From assembly GCA_030594645.1 (NCBI GenBank), contig JAUVEU010000008.1, forward strand, positions 1,127-65,126: a stretch of DNA of 64,000 nucleotides, written 5' to 3'. Shown here piece after piece: positions 61,845 through 64,000 of this stretch (its first letter is position 1; every line of letters starts with the position of its first letter). This stretch comes from Candidatus Aegiribacteria sp. (GTDB taxonomy: Bacteria; Fermentibacterota; Fermentibacteria; Fermentibacterales; JCC-6). The position numbers were made by a program, and so were the translations under genes. A model generated the notes under the pieces. It had not been told where the DNA came from, ran no database searches, and worked only from the letters and a program-made list of their open reading frames with translations.

Positions 61845-62084
61845 ATGAAAACCGTAACCTTAACCGAGTTCAGGAGTCATGCGTCCAGCATGTTAACCGA
61901 GGTTGAACAAGGAGAAACGCTTATCGTCCTTCGGCACGGCCGCCCAATAGCTGAGGTCTCGCCTGTTGCAACCCTTAGCGTCAGGCAACCCTCATGGAAG
62001 AAACCTGCCCTTCGATTATCAACAAAGGGAGCAGGGCTTGCTTCTGCAATTCTGGAGGAGCGAGAGCGTGAGAGTATATCTTGA
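61845..62084 (+). CDS. Phd/YefM-family type II antitoxin.
   Basis: MKTVTLTEFRSHASSMLTEVEQGETLIVLRHGRPIAEVSP. Confidence 0.7.
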   Translation: MKTVTLTEFRSHASSMLTEVEQGETLIVLRHGRPIAEVSPVATLSVRQPSWKKPALRLSTKGAGLASAILEERERESIS

Positions 62085-62205
62085 TTCTTCCTCCTTCGCG
62101 AAGCACTTCGTGGAGGAAAACCGAGCTGTTCGTCTCATCAGACAAGCGACAACTTGCTGCAGCAAAACGAGCAGGACTGAAAACAAAAGAAGTATGATTT
62201 ACTGA
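62068..62205 (+). pseudogene. Truncated PIN-domain (VapC-like) toxin remnant, about 45 codons.
   Basis: The GTG start overlaps the antitoxin 3' end. The PIN N-terminus V(M)RVYLDSSSFAKHFVEENRAVRLIRQ then reaches a premature stop at 62203. Confidence 0.5.
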
Positions 62206-62424
62206 CACTCATAAACCACTCCCTGTAAAATAAATTGAAAAATATGGATTTTCCTGAAATCTCGAAAAGATCAATGACCACCCAGAATGGTATAACCCTT
62301 TGCTCTGAGATATTCAGCAAGATCCCGCTCAGGATCGAGTTCGATGACACCCGATGTTTTCAGTGCTGTATCTCTTAAAACGGCAACATAAATGAAGCTT
62401 TTCGCAACTGCTGAGATTGCAGTT

Positions 62425-63471
62425 TTATTCTTCAGGTTCATCTCGGAATCTGGCCAGCTGTGACTGATAAAACCCGTTGTCAGGATCAAGTTCGAGAGCT
62501 TTCAGTTCCCATTCCACAGCAGATTCGGCATCGCCGCTTTGGAAAAGAGCTTCAGCGAGTGTATCCATGATGTTGTGATCAAGCGGTGCCAGTTCCAGAG
62601 CCTGCTCCGCCAGGGTGACAGCTCTCTCAGGCTGTAATCCCCTCTCGGCAAGTGTCCAGGCGTAGTAGTTGAGAACCTGAGGATCAGGTTCCGCATTCTG
62701 CAGGCTTCTCTCCATGATATCAAGAGCCCATTGAGTCTCGAGTTCAGTTCCGGCATCGAGATATACCGGGAAAACGTTGTACTCCTCCCAGATACAATAA
62801 AGTCTTATCAGTTCTGAGACAGGGTCCTCGTGATCTGAAACACAGATGTCAACGAACCTGTCAGAACAGCCCTGATGCCCGCTGTTCGCTCTGACAACGA
62901 GGATGGCCGCGGACTGTTTTCCCCTGCTGTCTCCACCTGCATTTTCACCTGCCTTCAGAGCGGCAAGAAGCCGGACGGCAAGAGGTCCTTCAGTAAGAAG
63001 GAATGTGCTTTCCATATCAAGAATGACGTCCTCCCCTGTCAGGATATTACCCTGAATAGCGTATCCGCTTCCGGTTACTCCTCCGGACCAGCTGAAGGTC
63101 TCATTCCCTGTGAAGGATACTGCTCCTCCGCTGACATCGACAATTCCAAGCTGGCGGACTTCTCTTTCCGGATCAGCGGTGAGGAGACTGTCAATAACAG
63201 TACTCGCGGGAAGTGTTTCACGAAGGAGATCAAGACCATCCGGACCAAAAGACTGGTTGACCTGCGCCTGAGTAGCGATTGCGCCTGTTCCAGCTTCAGC
63301 CCAGGGAACATCATGACCCGCAAAAGGCACGCGGGATGCTACAGCCACACCCAGTTCACCCGTATGAGGATCAAACGCGACTATTGAGAAGGTTGAGGTC
63401 CACCCTGAATGATCATCCGATACCGGTATAATTCCAATAATTACCAATACTGCCGTGAGTAACGATACCAT
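62425..63471 (-). CDS. DUF1028-family protein (Ntn-hydrolase-like) with a signal anchor and a C-terminal TPR-like helical region.
   Basis: TFSIVAFDPHTGELGVAVASRVPFAG and HDVPWAEAGTGAIATQA are DUF1028 hallmarks. Confidence 0.65.
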   Translation of the reverse strand: MVSLLTAVLVIIGIIPVSDDHSGWTSTFSIVAFDPHTGELGVAVASRVPFAGHDVPWAEAGTGAIATQAQVNQSFGPDGLDLLRETLPASTVIDSLLTADPEREVRQLGIVDVSGGAVSFTGNETFSWSGGVTGSGYAIQGNILTGEDVILDMESTFLLTEGPLAVRLLAALKAGENAGGDSRGKQSAAILVVRANSGHQGCSDRFVDICVSDHEDPVSELIRLYCIWEEYNVFPVYLDAGTELETQWALDIMERSLQNAEPDPQVLNYYAWTLAERGLQPERAVTLAEQALELAPLDHNIMDTLAEALFQSGDAESAVEWELKALELDPDNGFYQSQLARFRDEPEE

Positions 63472-63487
63472 GCTTCAGCTCCCTTCT

Positions 63488-64000
63488 TTACAGTTCTATA
63501 GAAGGTCCGATATCGTTGAGGAACGCAATAAGCAGGTCTATCGCGCATTGGACATCATGCCTGTGAATGACAGCAACAGGACTGTGACCGTATCGAGTGG
63601 GTATGGAAAGACACGTGGAGTGCGCGCCAGGTCCGAATCTCTGCATGCTGGAAGTATCCGTTCCGCCACGAACAAGGATTTCCATCTGATGATCGATGTT
63701 ATTCTTTTCTGCGAGTTCTCTCATGTATTCCACAAGAGAAGTAGAACATATCACACTGGCGTCCATCTGTTTGATGGCGACACCTTTGCCTAGTTCAGCG
63801 ATTCTCATTCTGGCAGGATACTCGGGAGTGTCTCCCGAACCGGTGATATCAACAGCTATGCCGATATCAGGTTTTATATTCTGTGCTGCGACCGCTGAGC
63901 CCCGCAGCCCCACTTCTTCCTGTGCTGTTCCAACAGCATAAACATCGATAGAGGGATTATTGTATTTCTTCATCGCTTCTATGATTATGTACGCTCCAAT
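63488..64000 (-). CDS. M42 family peptidase (FrvX/YpdE-like glutamyl aminopeptidase), C-terminal part. The 5' end lies beyond the window.
   Basis: GTAQEEVGLRGS...AVDITGSGDTPE...QMEILVRGGTDTSSMQ. Confidence 0.7.
   Translation of the reverse strand: MGAYIIIEAMKKYNNPSIDVYAVGTAQEEVGLRGSAVAAQNIKPDIGIAVDITGSGDTPEYPARMRIAELGKGVAIKQMDASVICSTSLVEYMRELAEKNNIDHQMEILVRGGTDTSSMQRFGPGAHSTCLSIPTRYGHSPVAVIHRHDVQCAIDLLIAFLNDIGPSIEL

Noticed and set aside
62271-62489. 72-aa minus-strand ORF.
   Set aside because: It overlaps the 3' end of the DUF1028 gene in another frame and has no motifs.

Overview
This 64-kb window is a chromosomal segment from a bacterium that uses a type IX secretion system (T9SS): three proteins end in the T9SS C-terminal sorting domain (an M14 carboxypeptidase, a plant-type glutaminyl cyclase and a PQQ beta-propeller protein), which suggests the Bacteroidota/FCB group. 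Coding density is about 90%. I found no rRNA, tRNA or CRISPR.

Most genes are housekeeping:
- pepT and pyrBI
- a GT-C plus GT2 glycosylation pair
- queH
- a yebC-ruvCAB operon
- hutU, cysC and purC
- parE-parC
- a Wzx-like flippase and two ANL (AMP-binding) ligases
- tldD and pmbA
- a tpiA-pgk-gap-pfkA glycolysis block with an unadorned DAHP synthase
- mltG and ruvX

The features I consider worth a second look:
1. A soluble PAS hybrid histidine kinase sits 1 nt upstream of three tandem paralogous zinc-ribbon proteins, two of them anchored by a C-terminal transmembrane hairpin, directly upstream of yebC-ruvCAB. I cannot assign the paralogs to any family.
2. An orphan HydG-type radical-SAM gene with an altered auxiliary-cluster cysteine motif overlaps by 4 nt with the stop of the upstream Mrp/ApbC Fe-S carrier ATPase gene. 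No HydE, HydF or hydrogenase is in the window.
3. A roughly 40-bp element occurs three times in one intergenic space and forms a 30-bp-stem hairpin.
4. A partial secreted protein at the window start carries six tandem 45-bp repeats encoding acidic peptides, with a G9 homopolymer at its ribosome-binding site.
5. An SPFH (Band 7) protein fused to a triple zinc ribbon has a coiled-coil partner.
6. Two tandemly duplicated FadL/PorV-like outer-membrane barrels.
7. An intact higBA toxin-antitoxin pair, and a Phd antitoxin followed by a truncated PIN toxin remnant.

All calls rest on reading the translations and motifs by eye. No database search was run.
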